This document shows, piece by piece, positions 39,187 to 48,603 of a stretch of DNA of 64,000 bases. The DNA comes from Lentisphaerota bacterium (GTDB taxonomy: Bacteria; Verrucomicrobiota; Kiritimatiellia; RFP12; JAAYNR01). A model generated the notes under the pieces. The model saw only the letters and a program-made list of their open reading frames with translations, made no database searches and was not told the origin of the DNA. The stretch is from positions 3,626 through 67,625 of the forward strand of contig VGWG01000003.1 in assembly GCA_016873675.1 (NCBI GenBank), in the 5' to 3' direction. Position 1 is the first letter of the stretch, and the number at the start of each line of letters is the position of its first letter. Made by a program: the position numbers and the translations under genes.

Positions 39187-40593
39187 ATGCCTTCGGTCTT
39201 GATAGTTGACGACGAACCGCGGATTCTGACGTTGCTCAGCAGCCTGCTCAAAACGAACGCGATCGAGTCCGTCTCGGCGCGGGACGGCACGCAAGCGCTG
39301 AAAGCCCTCACCGAGCAGACGTTTGACTGCATCGTTTCCGATATCCGCATGTCGCCCATGGATGGCATGGAGTTGTTCCGCAAAGTGTGCGTCGCGAACC
39401 CGGATATCCCTTTTGTCATGCTGACGGCGTACGGCACGGTTGAGAGCGCCATCGAGGCCATGCGTCTGGGGGCCTTTGATTATCTCACCAAGCCCTTCAA
39501 GATCGACGACTTCCTCACGGTGATCCGTCGCGCCATCGCGTACAAAAGCGTCGTCGGCAATCAGGCGCAGGTGCCGATCACCGCCGAGCAAACCCGGTTC
39601 GAACATGTCATCGCGGAAAGCGATCCGATGAAGAAAGCCTGTGAGGTGGTGAGGCGCGTGGCCCCCACCGACGCCACCGTCCTGATCGAGGGAGAAAGCG
39701 GCACCGGCAAAGAGGTCATCGCGCGCGCGCTACACGAGAACAGCCTGCGCAAAGACAAGCCATTCATTGCCGTCAACTGCGCCGCCATCCCCGAGAATCT
39801 GATGGAGTCGGAAATGTTCGGCCACATCCGCGGCTCATTCACCGGCGCGACCACCGATAAGATGGGGCTCTTCGAGGCCGCAAACGGCGGCACCCTCTTT
39901 CTGGATGAGGTCACGTCCCTGCCGTTGGCGCTGCAGGGCAAGCTCCTCCGCGTCCTGCAGGAGCAGGAGATCCGGCGTGTCGGCGCCACCGCATCCATGA
40001 AAGTCGACGTGCGGGTGCTCGCCGCCTCAAACGCGAAACTCGAGGAGAAGGTCAAGAAAAACGCCTTCCGGCAGGATCTGTACTACCGCATCGCCGTCAT
40101 CACCATTGACCTCCCTCCGCTTCGCGAGCGGATCGCGGACATCCTCCCGCTCGCGCGGCATTTCCTCTCCTGCGAGACCATCCGGGGCCGCGGCGAACAC
40201 CGCCTCTCCCGGGAGGCGGCCGACATTCTGATCCGGCATGTGTGGCCGGGCAATGTCCGAGAACTCGAGAACGCCATCCGCCACGCCGTCACGTTTGCCG
40301 ATGGCGACGAGATCACCCAAGACCTCCTGCCGCCGCGGATCGTCTCCTCGGCCGCGAGCAACCCCACCCCGGCCATCGCCGCATCCGAGGTGGAAGCCGC
40401 CAGCGATTGTTACCGCAACCAATCGCTCCGCGCCTTCCTGCGTGAGAAGGAGAAGGAATACCTCGAACAGATTCTTTCCAAGTCCAACGGCAACAAGGAG
40501 AAAGCGGCCAAAGCCCTCAAGATCAGCCTCGCCACCCTCTATCGCAAACTCCCCGAAGGCGAAGCCAGCCCGTCGGTCGATGATCAGGAGTAA
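39187..40593 (+). CDS. Sigma-54-dependent response regulator (NtrC/Fis family).
   Basis: REC domain (LIVDDEP…D…), AAA+ sigma54-interaction domain ([21 protein letters not shown]) and a C-terminal Fis-type HTH. Confidence 0.9.
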   Translation: MPSVLIVDDEPRILTLLSSLLKTNAIESVSARDGTQALKALTEQTFDCIVSDIRMSPMDGMELFRKVCVANPDIPFVMLTAYGTVESAIEAMRLGAFDYLTKPFKIDDFLTVIRRAIAYKSVVGNQAQVPITAEQTRFEHVIAESDPMKKACEVVRRVAPTDATVLIEGESGTGKEVIARALHENSLRKDKPFIAVNCAAIPENLMESEMFGHIRGSFTGATTDKMGLFEAANGGTLFLDEVTSLPLALQGKLLRVLQEQEIRRVGATASMKVDVRVLAASNAKLEEKVKKNAFRQDLYYRIAVITIDLPPLRERIADILPLARHFLSCETIRGRGEHRLSREAADILIRHVWPGNVRELENAIRHAVTFADGDEITQDLLPPRIVSSAASNPTPAIAASEVEAASDCYRNQSLRAFLREKEKEYLEQILSKSNGNKEKAAKALKISLATLYRKLPEGEASPSVDDQE

Positions 40594-40599
40594 GAATCA

Positions 40600-41877
40600 A
40601 TGGCGTACGAAGTGCTGGCCCGAAAGTGGCGTCCCGCGCAGTTTGACGATGTGGTGGGGCAGTCGCATGTGACCCGGACGCTGAAGAACGCGATCGAGAG
40701 CAACCGCGTGGCGCATGCGTATCTGTTCGTGGGGCCCCGCGGCATCGGCAAGACCACCCTCTCGCGCATTTTCGCCAAAGCGCTCAACTGCCTGGCGTCG
40801 GACAGGCCCACCATCACTCCGTGCGGCGTCTGTGACCTGTGCCGCGAGATCGCGACGGGAAATTCGTTTGACGTGCTGGAAATCGACGGCGCGTCGAACA
40901 ACGGGGTCGATCAGGTGCGCGACCTGCGCGATCAGGTGCAGTTCGCCCCCGCCAGGGGCCGCTTCCGCATCATCATCATCGACGAAGTTCACATGCTGTC
41001 GGCCTCCGCGTTCAACGCGCTGCTCAAGACGCTCGAGGAGCCGCCGCCGCACGTCAAGTTCATCTTCGCCACCACCGAGGGCGACAAGATCCCGCCGACG
41101 ATCATCTCGCGCTGCCAGCGCTTCGACCTGCGCCGCATCCACACCGCGCTCATCGTCGAACGGTTGCGCATGATCTGCGAACAGGAGCATGTGGCGATCA
41201 CCGACGACGCCCTGCTGGCCGTGGCCCGCGGTGCGGACGGCGGCATGCGCGACGCCCAGTCCGCCCTGGACCAGTTGATCTCATTCAAGGGCGATACGCT
41301 CACGGAGGACGACGTCCTCGCCGTTTTCGGCCTCGTATCGCGCCGGTCGCTCGAAACGCTCGCCGGCCACATCCTCACCGGCGGCCTGGCCGACATCCTC
41401 CGGCTGGTCGCCCTGTTCGATAGCGCCGGCAAGGACCTGCGGCGGCTCGTCGCCGAGTTGCTCGACCATTTCCGCAACCTCCTCGTGTTCCAGCATGTCG
41501 GCGCCGATGCGGGGAGCCTCGACGCCACCCCGGAGCAGATTCACACGCTGGCCCTGCAAGCCGAGACGTCCGACCCGGCGCGCGTGTTGAGGGTGGCCGA
41601 GATGCTCGCCGAAACCGAAGGCCGACTGCGCCATGCGCTGAACGTACGCACCCTGCTCGAGACCGCCCTGATCCGCTGCGCGCGCGCCAGTACAACCGTC
41701 ACCCTGGAGGACGTGATCAAGCGACTGAACGCGATCCGGAGCGCCGAGCCGCCGCCCGCCGCCCCGGCGGCGCCCGAGCGGAATCCGGCGGCGCGGCGGC
41801 AGCAGGTTTTCGACGATCCGGCGGTCAAGCGGGCGATGGAGCTCTTTGACGGAGACGTGGTCGGCATCGAGGAGTGA
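40600..41877 (+). CDS. dnaX: DNA polymerase III subunit gamma/tau, short 425-aa form.
   Basis: KWRPAQFDDVVGQSHV, GPRGIGKTT, CGVCDLCREI (Zn module) and DEVHMLS. Confidence 0.9.
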   Translation: MAYEVLARKWRPAQFDDVVGQSHVTRTLKNAIESNRVAHAYLFVGPRGIGKTTLSRIFAKALNCLASDRPTITPCGVCDLCREIATGNSFDVLEIDGASNNGVDQVRDLRDQVQFAPARGRFRIIIIDEVHMLSASAFNALLKTLEEPPPHVKFIFATTEGDKIPPTIISRCQRFDLRRIHTALIVERLRMICEQEHVAITDDALLAVARGADGGMRDAQSALDQLISFKGDTLTEDDVLAVFGLVSRRSLETLAGHILTGGLADILRLVALFDSAGKDLRRLVAELLDHFRNLLVFQHVGADAGSLDATPEQIHTLALQAETSDPARVLRVAEMLAETEGRLRHALNVRTLLETALIRCARASTTVTLEDVIKRLNAIRSAEPPPAAPAAPERNPAARRQQVFDDPAVKRAMELFDGDVVGIEE

Positions 41878-41888
41878 GGCGGGGCGTG

Positions 41889-42656
41889 ATGCAAGGCGTG
41901 AAGAAGAACCGGCTCGACGCCATCGTCGTGGCGCGCGGCCTCGCCGCGAGCCGCGAACAGGCGCAGCGGCTCATCCTCGCGGGCGCCGTGCGGGTCAACG
42001 GTCAGGTCGCCGCCAAGGCGGGGCACACCTTCGATGACGATGCCGTGATCGAGCGGACCGCGCAGCCGCGCTTTGTCAGCCGCGGCGGCGATAAGCTCGA
42101 GGGCGCCTTCGCCGCCTTCCCGATCACCGTCGCGGGACTCGACTGCGTGGACGTCGGCGCCTCCACGGGCGGCTTCACCGACTGTCTCCTGCAGCATGGC
42201 GCGGCGCGGGTCGTGGCGGTGGACGTGGGACGGGCGCAGTTGCACGGACGGCTGCGGCAGGATCCGCGGGTCACCGTGATCGAGGGGTTGAACGCGCGTT
42301 ATCTCACGCCGGCGCATCTCCCGTTTGTGCCGCAGTTCGGTGTGACCGATGTCTCGTTCATCTCGCTGCGGCTGATCCTGCCGCCGCTGGCCGCCGCGCT
42401 GGCGCCGGGCAGCGGGCTGATCTCGCTGATCAAGCCGCAGTTCGAGGCCGGGCGCGGCCAAGCCCCCAAAGGCGTCGTACGCGACCCGACGGTGCGCGAG
42501 GCGGTCGTGGCCGCGATTCGCGCCTTCGGTACGGGCGTGATCGGACTGGAATGGCTGGGGGTCGAGACGTCGCCGCTGCTCGGCCCCGAGGGCAATGTGG
42601 GGGTTATGGCCTATTGGCGGACACCGGGAAGAAAACAACGGGAGGCGAACGCATGA
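41889..42656 (+). CDS. tlyA: TlyA-family 16S/23S rRNA (cytidine-2'-O)-methyltransferase.
   Basis: An N-terminal S4-like domain (RLDAIVVARGLAASREQAQRLILAGAV) precedes an FtsJ-like methyltransferase (VDVGASTGGFTDCLL). The start may instead be the GTG at 41874. Confidence 0.8.
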   Translation: MQGVKKNRLDAIVVARGLAASREQAQRLILAGAVRVNGQVAAKAGHTFDDDAVIERTAQPRFVSRGGDKLEGAFAAFPITVAGLDCVDVGASTGGFTDCLLQHGAARVVAVDVGRAQLHGRLRQDPRVTVIEGLNARYLTPAHLPFVPQFGVTDVSFISLRLILPPLAAALAPGSGLISLIKPQFEAGRGQAPKGVVRDPTVREAVVAAIRAFGTGVIGLEWLGVETSPLLGPEGNVGVMAYWRTPGRKQREANA

Positions 42657-43513
42657 AACGGGTCGGCGTGATGGTCAATTGTCGCAAGGCGCATGCCGCA
42701 GAAGCCGTGCGTCTGGTCGCAGCCGAGGCCGCTGCGGCCGGGCTGGAACTGCTGGCCGACAGCCGGGCCGCCGTCGTCGCCGGCGCGGTGCCGCTGTGCC
42801 CGCTCGCGGACTTCCAGACGCGCGTCGAAGCGGTGCTCGTTCTGGGCGGGGATGGCACGGTGCTCGAGGCCGCTCGCCAGTTTCAAGGCCAGGATCTGCC
42901 GCTCATGGGACTGAACATCGGGTCGCTCGGCTATCTCACCTGTGTCGGCGACGCCCAGTTCGGCGAGGCGGTTCGTGCCCTGCGACACGATGCCGTCACC
43001 CGTGATCGGCGCTCGACCCTCGCCGGCCGGATTGCTCGGACGGGCCGGGACGGGGAGGAGCTGGCAGATGCCCTCAATGAAGTCGTGATCAGCCGCGGCG
43101 CGGCGGGCCGGCTGATCTGGCTCGATCTGGAACTCGACGGCGAAGCGGTGATGACGACGGCCTGCGACGGCCTCGTGGTCTCCACGCCCACGGGCAGCAC
43201 TGCCTATGCGCTGGCGACGGGCGGGCCGATCCTCCTCCCCGCGACACCCGCGCTGGAGATCGCCGTGATTTGCCCCCACTCCCTCTCCTTCCGGCCGCTG
43301 GTGGTGCCCGACTCGACGACCGTGGCGATCCGCCTGGCGCGGGCCTCCGCCGCCGCTCCGGTGGTCTCGGTGGACGGTCAGGACGACATCCCGCTCGCCT
43401 TCGGCGACCGGGTCGAACTGCGGCGCAGCCCGCGCGGCGTGACCCTCCTCCATCTCCCCGGTTACAACCCCTGCTCCGTGATGAACCGCAAACTCGGCTG
43501 GGGCGGCCGGTGA
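42653..43513 (+). CDS. nadK: NAD(+) kinase.
   Basis: It starts MKRVGV (ATGA overlap with tlyA). GGDGT motif (VLGGDGTVLEAAR); NEVVISRG and DGLVVSTPTGSTAY. Confidence 0.85.
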   Translation: MKRVGVMVNCRKAHAAEAVRLVAAEAAAAGLELLADSRAAVVAGAVPLCPLADFQTRVEAVLVLGGDGTVLEAARQFQGQDLPLMGLNIGSLGYLTCVGDAQFGEAVRALRHDAVTRDRRSTLAGRIARTGRDGEELADALNEVVISRGAAGRLIWLDLELDGEAVMTTACDGLVVSTPTGSTAYALATGGPILLPATPALEIAVICPHSLSFRPLVVPDSTTVAIRLARASAAAPVVSVDGQDDIPLAFGDRVELRRSPRGVTLLHLPGYNPCSVMNRKLGWGGR

Positions 43514-43537
43514 TCCGGGAGGCGGGAGGCGCAGCGC

Positions 43538-44206
43538 TCACGCCTTCAGTCCGGGCAGAAACTGCAGCGCATCCTGGACGGGGCGGAAGCTCCGACGGTG
43601 CTGGGGACAGGGACCGTGGCGGAAGAGCGCCGCGATATGGTCGCGCACGCCATACCCCTTGTTCGAGTCAAACCCGTACGCCGGATAACGCGCCGCCAAT
43701 TCTTCCATATGCCGGTCACGCAGCACCTTGGCGACCACGCTGGCGGCGGCGATGAGAAAGCTTTTGGCATCGCCCCTGACAATCGCGGTGGATGGGCAGG
43801 GAAGTCCCGAAACCGGCAGGCCATCGACCAACACGTGGCCGGCCAGCAGCGGCAGCGCCGCCACGGCGCGGCGCATCGCCAAGTGGGTCGCGCCCAAGAT
43901 GTTGAGGTCGTCGATCTCGGCAGGGCTGCACCAGCCGACGCCGATTTGGATGTCGGGAGCGCACGTCAGGAGGTCGTAGAATGCGGCGCGACGGGCGGGG
44001 GTGAGCTGTTTGCTATCCGTCAGACCGGCGAGCGGTCCCGCATAGGCGCGTTCGGCCGTAAGCGGCGCCATCGTCACGGCGCCCGCCACGACCGGGCCCG
44101 CCAGCGGCCCCCGGCCGGCCTCGTCCACGCCGGCGAGCACCTGGTCGGGAAACCTCCGCCACCAAACCCGTTCCTCGGCCAGCAAATCAATGGGAATGCG
44201 GAGCAT
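43538..44206 (-). CDS. rnhB: Ribonuclease HII.
   Basis: GVDEAGRGPLAGPVV, DSKQL and LIAAASVVAK. Confidence 0.9.
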   Translation of the reverse strand: MLRIPIDLLAEERVWWRRFPDQVLAGVDEAGRGPLAGPVVAGAVTMAPLTAERAYAGPLAGLTDSKQLTPARRAAFYDLLTCAPDIQIGVGWCSPAEIDDLNILGATHLAMRRAVAALPLLAGHVLVDGLPVSGLPCPSTAIVRGDAKSFLIAAASVVAKVLRDRHMEELAARYPAYGFDSNKGYGVRDHIAALFRHGPCPQHRRSFRPVQDALQFLPGLKA

Positions 44207-44236
44207 ACCCGGCCTGTCGCGATCACGCTGTCCGGC

Positions 44237-44584
44237 TCACGCCTGGCGCAGGCGGGCCTTTTTGCCGGTCAATTCGCGCAGATAATAGAGCTTCGCCCGG
44301 CGGATCTTGGACGAACGCTCGATCTCGATCTTTTCGATAAAAGGCGAGTTCACGGGAAAGACCTTCTCGACGCCGACGCCAAAGGAGATGCGGCGCACCG
44401 TGAACGTCGCCGTGGCGGCCTTGCCGCCGTCGCAAGCGATCACCGTTCCAGCGAAGACCTGCACGCGTTCCTTGTCTCCTTCTTTGATCTTAACGTGTAC
44501 GCGCACGCTGTCGCCGATTTTATACGACAGCGGATCCTGCTTCATGGACTCTTTGTTGATCGTGTCAATCGCGTTCGCAATCAT
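44237..44584 (-). CDS. rplS: 50S ribosomal protein L19.
   Basis: 115 aa. [27 protein letters not shown]…[21 protein letters not shown]. Confidence 0.92.
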   Translation of the reverse strand: MIANAIDTINKESMKQDPLSYKIGDSVRVHVKIKEGDKERVQVFAGTVIACDGGKAATATFTVRRISFGVGVEKVFPVNSPFIEKIEIERSSKIRRAKLYYLRELTGKKARLRQA

Positions 44585-44614
44585 CGTGTTTCTCCTCGTT
44601 CTGCAAATCCGTTT

Positions 44615-45322
44615 TTATCCGTTCGTTGTCGCCGGCCGCGCGGCCAGTAAATCCGGCCTGCGCGCCGCCGTCCGTTCAAGCGCCTCACGCCGCCGCCAAG
44701 CTGCGATCGTGCCATGGTCGCCGCTCAGCAGCACATCCGGCACCCGCAGCCCCCGGTATTCAGGCGGGCGGGTGTACTGCGGATGTTCGAGCCGATTCTC
44801 CGTGAAGGACTCGTCCTGCGTCGCCTGAGGTCCGCCGCCCAGCACGCCGGGCAGCAGCCGCACCACCGCGTCAATCACCACCGCCGCCGGCAGCGCGCCG
44901 TTCGTCAGCACATAATCGCCGATCGACAGCTCATCCGTCACGCACGCCTCGCGCACCCGCTCATCCACCCCCTCATAGTGGCCGCAGATGAACACCAGGT
45001 GCGTTTCGTGCGCCAGCCGCCGCGCCTCGCCCTGATCGAACCGGCGTCCCGAGGGGGACATCAGGATCACCCGCGAGGCCGGAGTCCGCACCGCATCCAC
45101 CGCCTTCATCACGGGCTCGGGCTTCAGAATCATCCCGGGCCCCCCGCCGTATGGCCGGTCATCCACCGTCCGGCGCACATCCTGCGAATAGTCCCGCAGG
45201 TCAATGGTCCGCAGTTCCACCGCCTTGAAATTCACCGCCCGCTTGATCATGCTTTCCGCGAAGAAGCCGGCCAGCATGCCTGGGAACACGGTGATCACAT
45301 CAATGCGCAGGGGGGTTGCCAT
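44615..45322 (-). CDS. trmD: tRNA (guanine37-N1)-methyltransferase.
   Basis: It starts MATPLRIDVITVFPGM. DDRPYGGGPGM and FICGHYEGVDERV. The longer ORF to 45433 would overlap rpsP. Confidence 0.9.
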   Translation of the reverse strand: MATPLRIDVITVFPGMLAGFFAESMIKRAVNFKAVELRTIDLRDYSQDVRRTVDDRPYGGGPGMILKPEPVMKAVDAVRTPASRVILMSPSGRRFDQGEARRLAHETHLVFICGHYEGVDERVREACVTDELSIGDYVLTNGALPAAVVIDAVVRLLPGVLGGGPQATQDESFTENRLEHPQYTRPPEYRGLRVPDVLLSGDHGTIAAWRRREALERTAARRPDLLAARPATTNG

Positions 45323-45351
45323 GGGGGTCCGATCCCCGCCCGCCGGGGCGT

Positions 45352-45606
45352 TCAAGCCTGAACGGCGGCGCGTTTGCCGCGACGCACCAGATTGGCGACG
45401 GTTTCGCTCATCTGGGCGCCCTGGCTCCGCCAATAGTCAATGCGTTCCTGATCCAGCTTGTAGTTCTCTCCCTCGAGCTTGGGGTCATACCACCCCAGCA
45501 TCTCAAGGAACTTCCCGTCGCGCGGCGAACGCCCGTCCGCCGCCACGACGCGATACGACACACAGTTGTTGCAACCTGTCCTGCGAAGTCTGATTTTGAC
45601 TGCCAT
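45352..45606 (-). CDS. rpsP: 30S ribosomal protein S16.
   Basis: MAVKIRLRRTG…YRVVAADGRSPRDGKFLEMLGWYDP. Confidence 0.92.
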   Translation of the reverse strand: MAVKIRLRRTGCNNCVSYRVVAADGRSPRDGKFLEMLGWYDPKLEGENYKLDQERIDYWRSQGAQMSETVANLVRRGKRAAVQA

Positions 45607-45752
45607 TGCTCCTCCATGAAACCCGTACTATAGCATCCCCGCCGTCGGCTGGCAAGCGCAATTCTGACCCCATTCTGACCTTCCGTATTTCCTGTTGACT
45701 CATCTGCTATTCGCGAATATCGTATGGGCGAGAATGGGTCAGGGGAATACGC

Positions 45753-46034
45753 GTGAAAAGGCTTCATCTACACGTATTTGGCCGGGTGCAGGGGGTGGGG
45801 TTTCGCTTCACCTGCTGCCGCCAGGCGCGTGCGCTGGGGTTGTCCGGCTGGGTGCGCAACCTTCCTGACGACAGCGTGGAGATCGTCGCGGAGGGTTCCC
45901 CCGCCGCTCTCAAAGCCCTCAGCGACTGGTGCCACCGGGGTCCGACCTTTGCCGAAGTCGAACGCATCACCGAGACTCCCGAACCCGCGCTTGGGGACAT
46001 GACTGCGTTCGAAATCAAAGACCTGCTCTTTTGA
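45753..46034 (+). CDS. acyP: Acylphosphatase.
   Basis: 93 aa. VFGRVQGVGFRF…GWVRNLPDDSVEIVAEG matches the acylphosphatase signature. Confidence 0.85.
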   Translation: MKRLHLHVFGRVQGVGFRFTCCRQARALGLSGWVRNLPDDSVEIVAEGSPAALKALSDWCHRGPTFAEVERITETPEPALGDMTAFEIKDLLF

Positions 46035-46060
46035 TAGCCACCCCCCTGTTGCCGGGGAAG

Positions 46061-46085
46061 AAAGGCCATGAGAATGGCCTTTTTG
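46061..46085 (+). terminator. Rho-independent terminator after acyP.
   Basis: AAGGCCAT-GAGA-ATGGCCTT hairpin followed by TTTT. Confidence 0.7.
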
Positions 46086-46089
46086 AAGC

Positions 46090-46174
46090 TGGTGCACCCG
46101 GAGGGACTTGAACCCCCACGCCTCTCGGCATAAGAACCTGAATCTTACGTGTCTGCCAATTTCACCACGGGTGC
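46090..46174 (-). tRNA. tRNA-Leu (anticodon CAG), class II with a long variable arm; CCA is encoded.
   Basis: The reverse complement folds as GCACCCG acceptor, 3-bp D stem, anticodon stem TAAGA/TCTTA with loop TTCAGGT, 13-nt variable arm, and T arm GGGGG-TTCAAGT-CCCTC. 85 nt. Confidence 0.85.
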
Positions 46175-46328
46175 GAACATTGCGCGGATAATGACAAAAA
46201 AACGGCCACCCGTCAATGTGAATTTGAATCGGTGAATCTGAATGGGCTCAACCGACGTCACGCGCCGACCGTCTGGACCCATCGGTCGAAGGCGTGGCCG
46301 GGCCCGTCGGCAAGCCGGTGTTTGAGGG

Positions 46329-46550
46329 CTACAAGGCGCGAACGACGGTGATCTCGGGATCGACCGACTCGCGGAGCGCCCGTTCAATGCCGTGCTTGAG
46401 CGTGGCGGCGGCGTGGGGGCAGCAGCCGCAGGCGCCGCGCAGCTTGAGGGTAACGGTCTTGCCCGCGATCGATACGAGTTCCAGATCGCCCCCATCGGCC
46501 TGCAACAGGCCGCGGAGTTCTTCGAGTTTTACTTGGATGGCTTGGTCCAT
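46329..46550 (-). CDS. NifU/Nfu C-terminal-domain Fe-S cluster scaffold protein.
   Basis: GGDLELVSIAGKTVTLKLRGACGCCP is the Nfu CxxC motif. Start at MDQAIQ. Confidence 0.75.
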   Translation of the reverse strand: MDQAIQVKLEELRGLLQADGGDLELVSIAGKTVTLKLRGACGCCPHAAATLKHGIERALRESVDPEITVVRAL

Positions 46551-46750
46551 GGCTGATCCTTTCATCACGTGAGCGGCGTCATGCGCTCATTCGAGCGCCC
46601 GTACTTAAACAGATTTTGCAGCGCTTGTCCACTTCCAACACTGTGGATTCGCAATGCTTGTTTCTGGACTTGCCCCGCGTGACGGTTTGTGATTACATGT
46701 GCCCAAGGGAATCAGGAACCGGAGCACACACCTCCTCAAAGGGCTGACGT

Positions 46751-47194
46751 ATGCAGGATCCGGGAGCGGTTATCGAAGTGGATGAGACGGGCGAACCGAT
46801 CACGCGGGTGGATCTGCAGCTCGAACGGGAGAAAATCCAGCTCGAGCGTGAGCGAATGGCGCTGGAGCGCGAGAAGCTGGTGACCGAGCGCGAACGGTGG
46901 AAGCTGGAGGATGGCTGGCGGCAGGCCAGCGAACGGGTCGTTAAGATCCGGATGGGCACGGTGTTCTTGATCGGCGCCTGCTGCATACTCCTCGGCTATG
47001 TGATGGGCGGCATCTGGCTGGCCTCGCAGCAGGAGCATCTGCGCGAGAAACGCGAGGCCGTTGCCGCTCACCGGCGGCAGGAGCTGGTCCGGGCGTTGAG
47101 GGCCGACACCAACAGCGCCAGCCGCGCGGAAACGCTGCTCCAGACGCTTCAGGGACGCGACGGATCGGGCGGCATCCTGCTGTTCCTGGACTGA
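46751..47194 (+). CDS. Hypothetical coiled-coil protein with one TM helix.
   Basis: ELEREKIQLERERMALEREK coiled coil and a hydrophobic helix (VFLIGACCILLGYVMGGIWLA). Confidence 0.45.
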   Translation: MQDPGAVIEVDETGEPITRVDLQLEREKIQLERERMALEREKLVTERERWKLEDGWRQASERVVKIRMGTVFLIGACCILLGYVMGGIWLASQQEHLREKREAVAAHRRQELVRALRADTNSASRAETLLQTLQGRDGSGGILLFLD

Positions 47195-47203
47195 GGGCGT
47201 ACC

Positions 47204-48568
47204 ATGAGCGCTTTCAAGGCCTACGACATCCGCGGGGTCTACGGCACCGACTTTGACGCAGAAACGGTCTACCGGATCGGACGCTGTCTGCCGGAGCTGC
47301 TGGGCGCGCGTCGGGTGTTGGTCGGGCGGGACGCGCGGCTGTCGTCGCCCGCCATGCGCGACGCCCTCGTCCGCGGCCTCACCGAGGCGGGATGCGCCGT
47401 CGATGATTTGGGGCTCAGCACCACGCCGATGGTCTATTATTTCACAGCCATCGACGGTTACGACGCCTCGGTGCAGATCACCGCGTCTCACAATCCGGCG
47501 GACTATAACGGTCTCAAAATCTCTCGGCGTGAGGCTGTCCCGGTGGGCTATGCCACCGGCCTGTGCGAGCTGGAGCGCCGGATTGGAGCGGCCGGTCTCC
47601 CGCCGCCGGCCGCGCAGCTTGGCGCGTACCGCCTGATCGACCGCACCGCCGCATTTCTTGCCTTCCTGCGGACCTGGCTGCCCGACCTTTCGGGGCTGCG
47701 GCTCGCGATCGATTGCTCCGACGGCATGGCGTCCCTGCTGGTCCATGAGCTGTTCGGCGACGGGACGGTCTATCTGAACGACACTCCCGACGGCCGGTTC
47801 CCTCACCATGCGCCCAATCCGCTGGAGATCGAGAACTGCGCGGCCCTCATGGCCGTGGTGAGGGCGCGCCACTGCGACGCGGGCGTGATTTTTGACGGCG
47901 ACGCCGACCGGGTGATGTTTATCGACGAAACGGGCGCATTCATCCAGCCCGACCTGCTGATTCCGATCATCGCGCGCCGTTTTCTCCGCGCCGAGCCCGG
48001 GGCGCGGGTGATCCACGACATCCGCACCTCGCGCGGCGTGATCGAGGCGCTTTGCGCCGACGGCGCCGAGCCGGTGATCGGCAAAGTGGGCCACGCCTTC
48101 GCCAAGGTCCTGCTGCGCGCCTGTGGCGCGGTATGCGGCGGCGAACTGGCGGGCCACTACTACTTTCGCGATTTCTGCTGGTGCGACTCGGGCGAGCTGG
48201 CCGCGCTCATCGTCCTGGGCCAGTTGGCGGCGGCCCGCCGTTGCGGCGAAACCTTCAGCGACCTCATCGCCCCCATCCGGCGTTACGCCACGACCGGCGA
48301 GGTCAACTTCCGCGTCGAGCGGAAAGACGACGCCATCCGCGCCGTGCGCGCCGCCGCCGAGTCGCACGGCCCGCCAACCACGGTCTATGACTTCGACGGG
48401 CTGCGCCTGGAGTTCCCCGCGTGGTGGATCAGCGTTCGGCCCTCCAACACCGAGCCCTACCTGCGGCTGATCATCGAGGCCGCGACGCCCGAAATGCTCG
48501 CCACCCGCCGCGCGGAGCTGGAGGCGGCGCTCGGGCCGTTTCTGTTGTCCCGCGCGGCTCAGGTGTGA
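47204..48568 (+). CDS. Phosphomannomutase/phosphoglucomutase (alpha-D-phosphohexomutase family).
   Basis: MSAFKAYDIRG, active-site TASHNPADYNG and GDGDADR. Confidence 0.88.
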   Translation: MSAFKAYDIRGVYGTDFDAETVYRIGRCLPELLGARRVLVGRDARLSSPAMRDALVRGLTEAGCAVDDLGLSTTPMVYYFTAIDGYDASVQITASHNPADYNGLKISRREAVPVGYATGLCELERRIGAAGLPPPAAQLGAYRLIDRTAAFLAFLRTWLPDLSGLRLAIDCSDGMASLLVHELFGDGTVYLNDTPDGRFPHHAPNPLEIENCAALMAVVRARHCDAGVIFDGDADRVMFIDETGAFIQPDLLIPIIARRFLRAEPGARVIHDIRTSRGVIEALCADGAEPVIGKVGHAFAKVLLRACGAVCGGELAGHYYFRDFCWCDSGELAALIVLGQLAAARRCGETFSDLIAPIRRYATTGEVNFRVERKDDAIRAVRAAAESHGPPTTVYDFDGLRLEFPAWWISVRPSNTEPYLRLIIEAATPEMLATRRAELEAALGPFLLSRAAQV

Positions 48569-48603
48569 CATACTACCCGGACTCTTTGCAAGGAGGCACG
48601 CTC

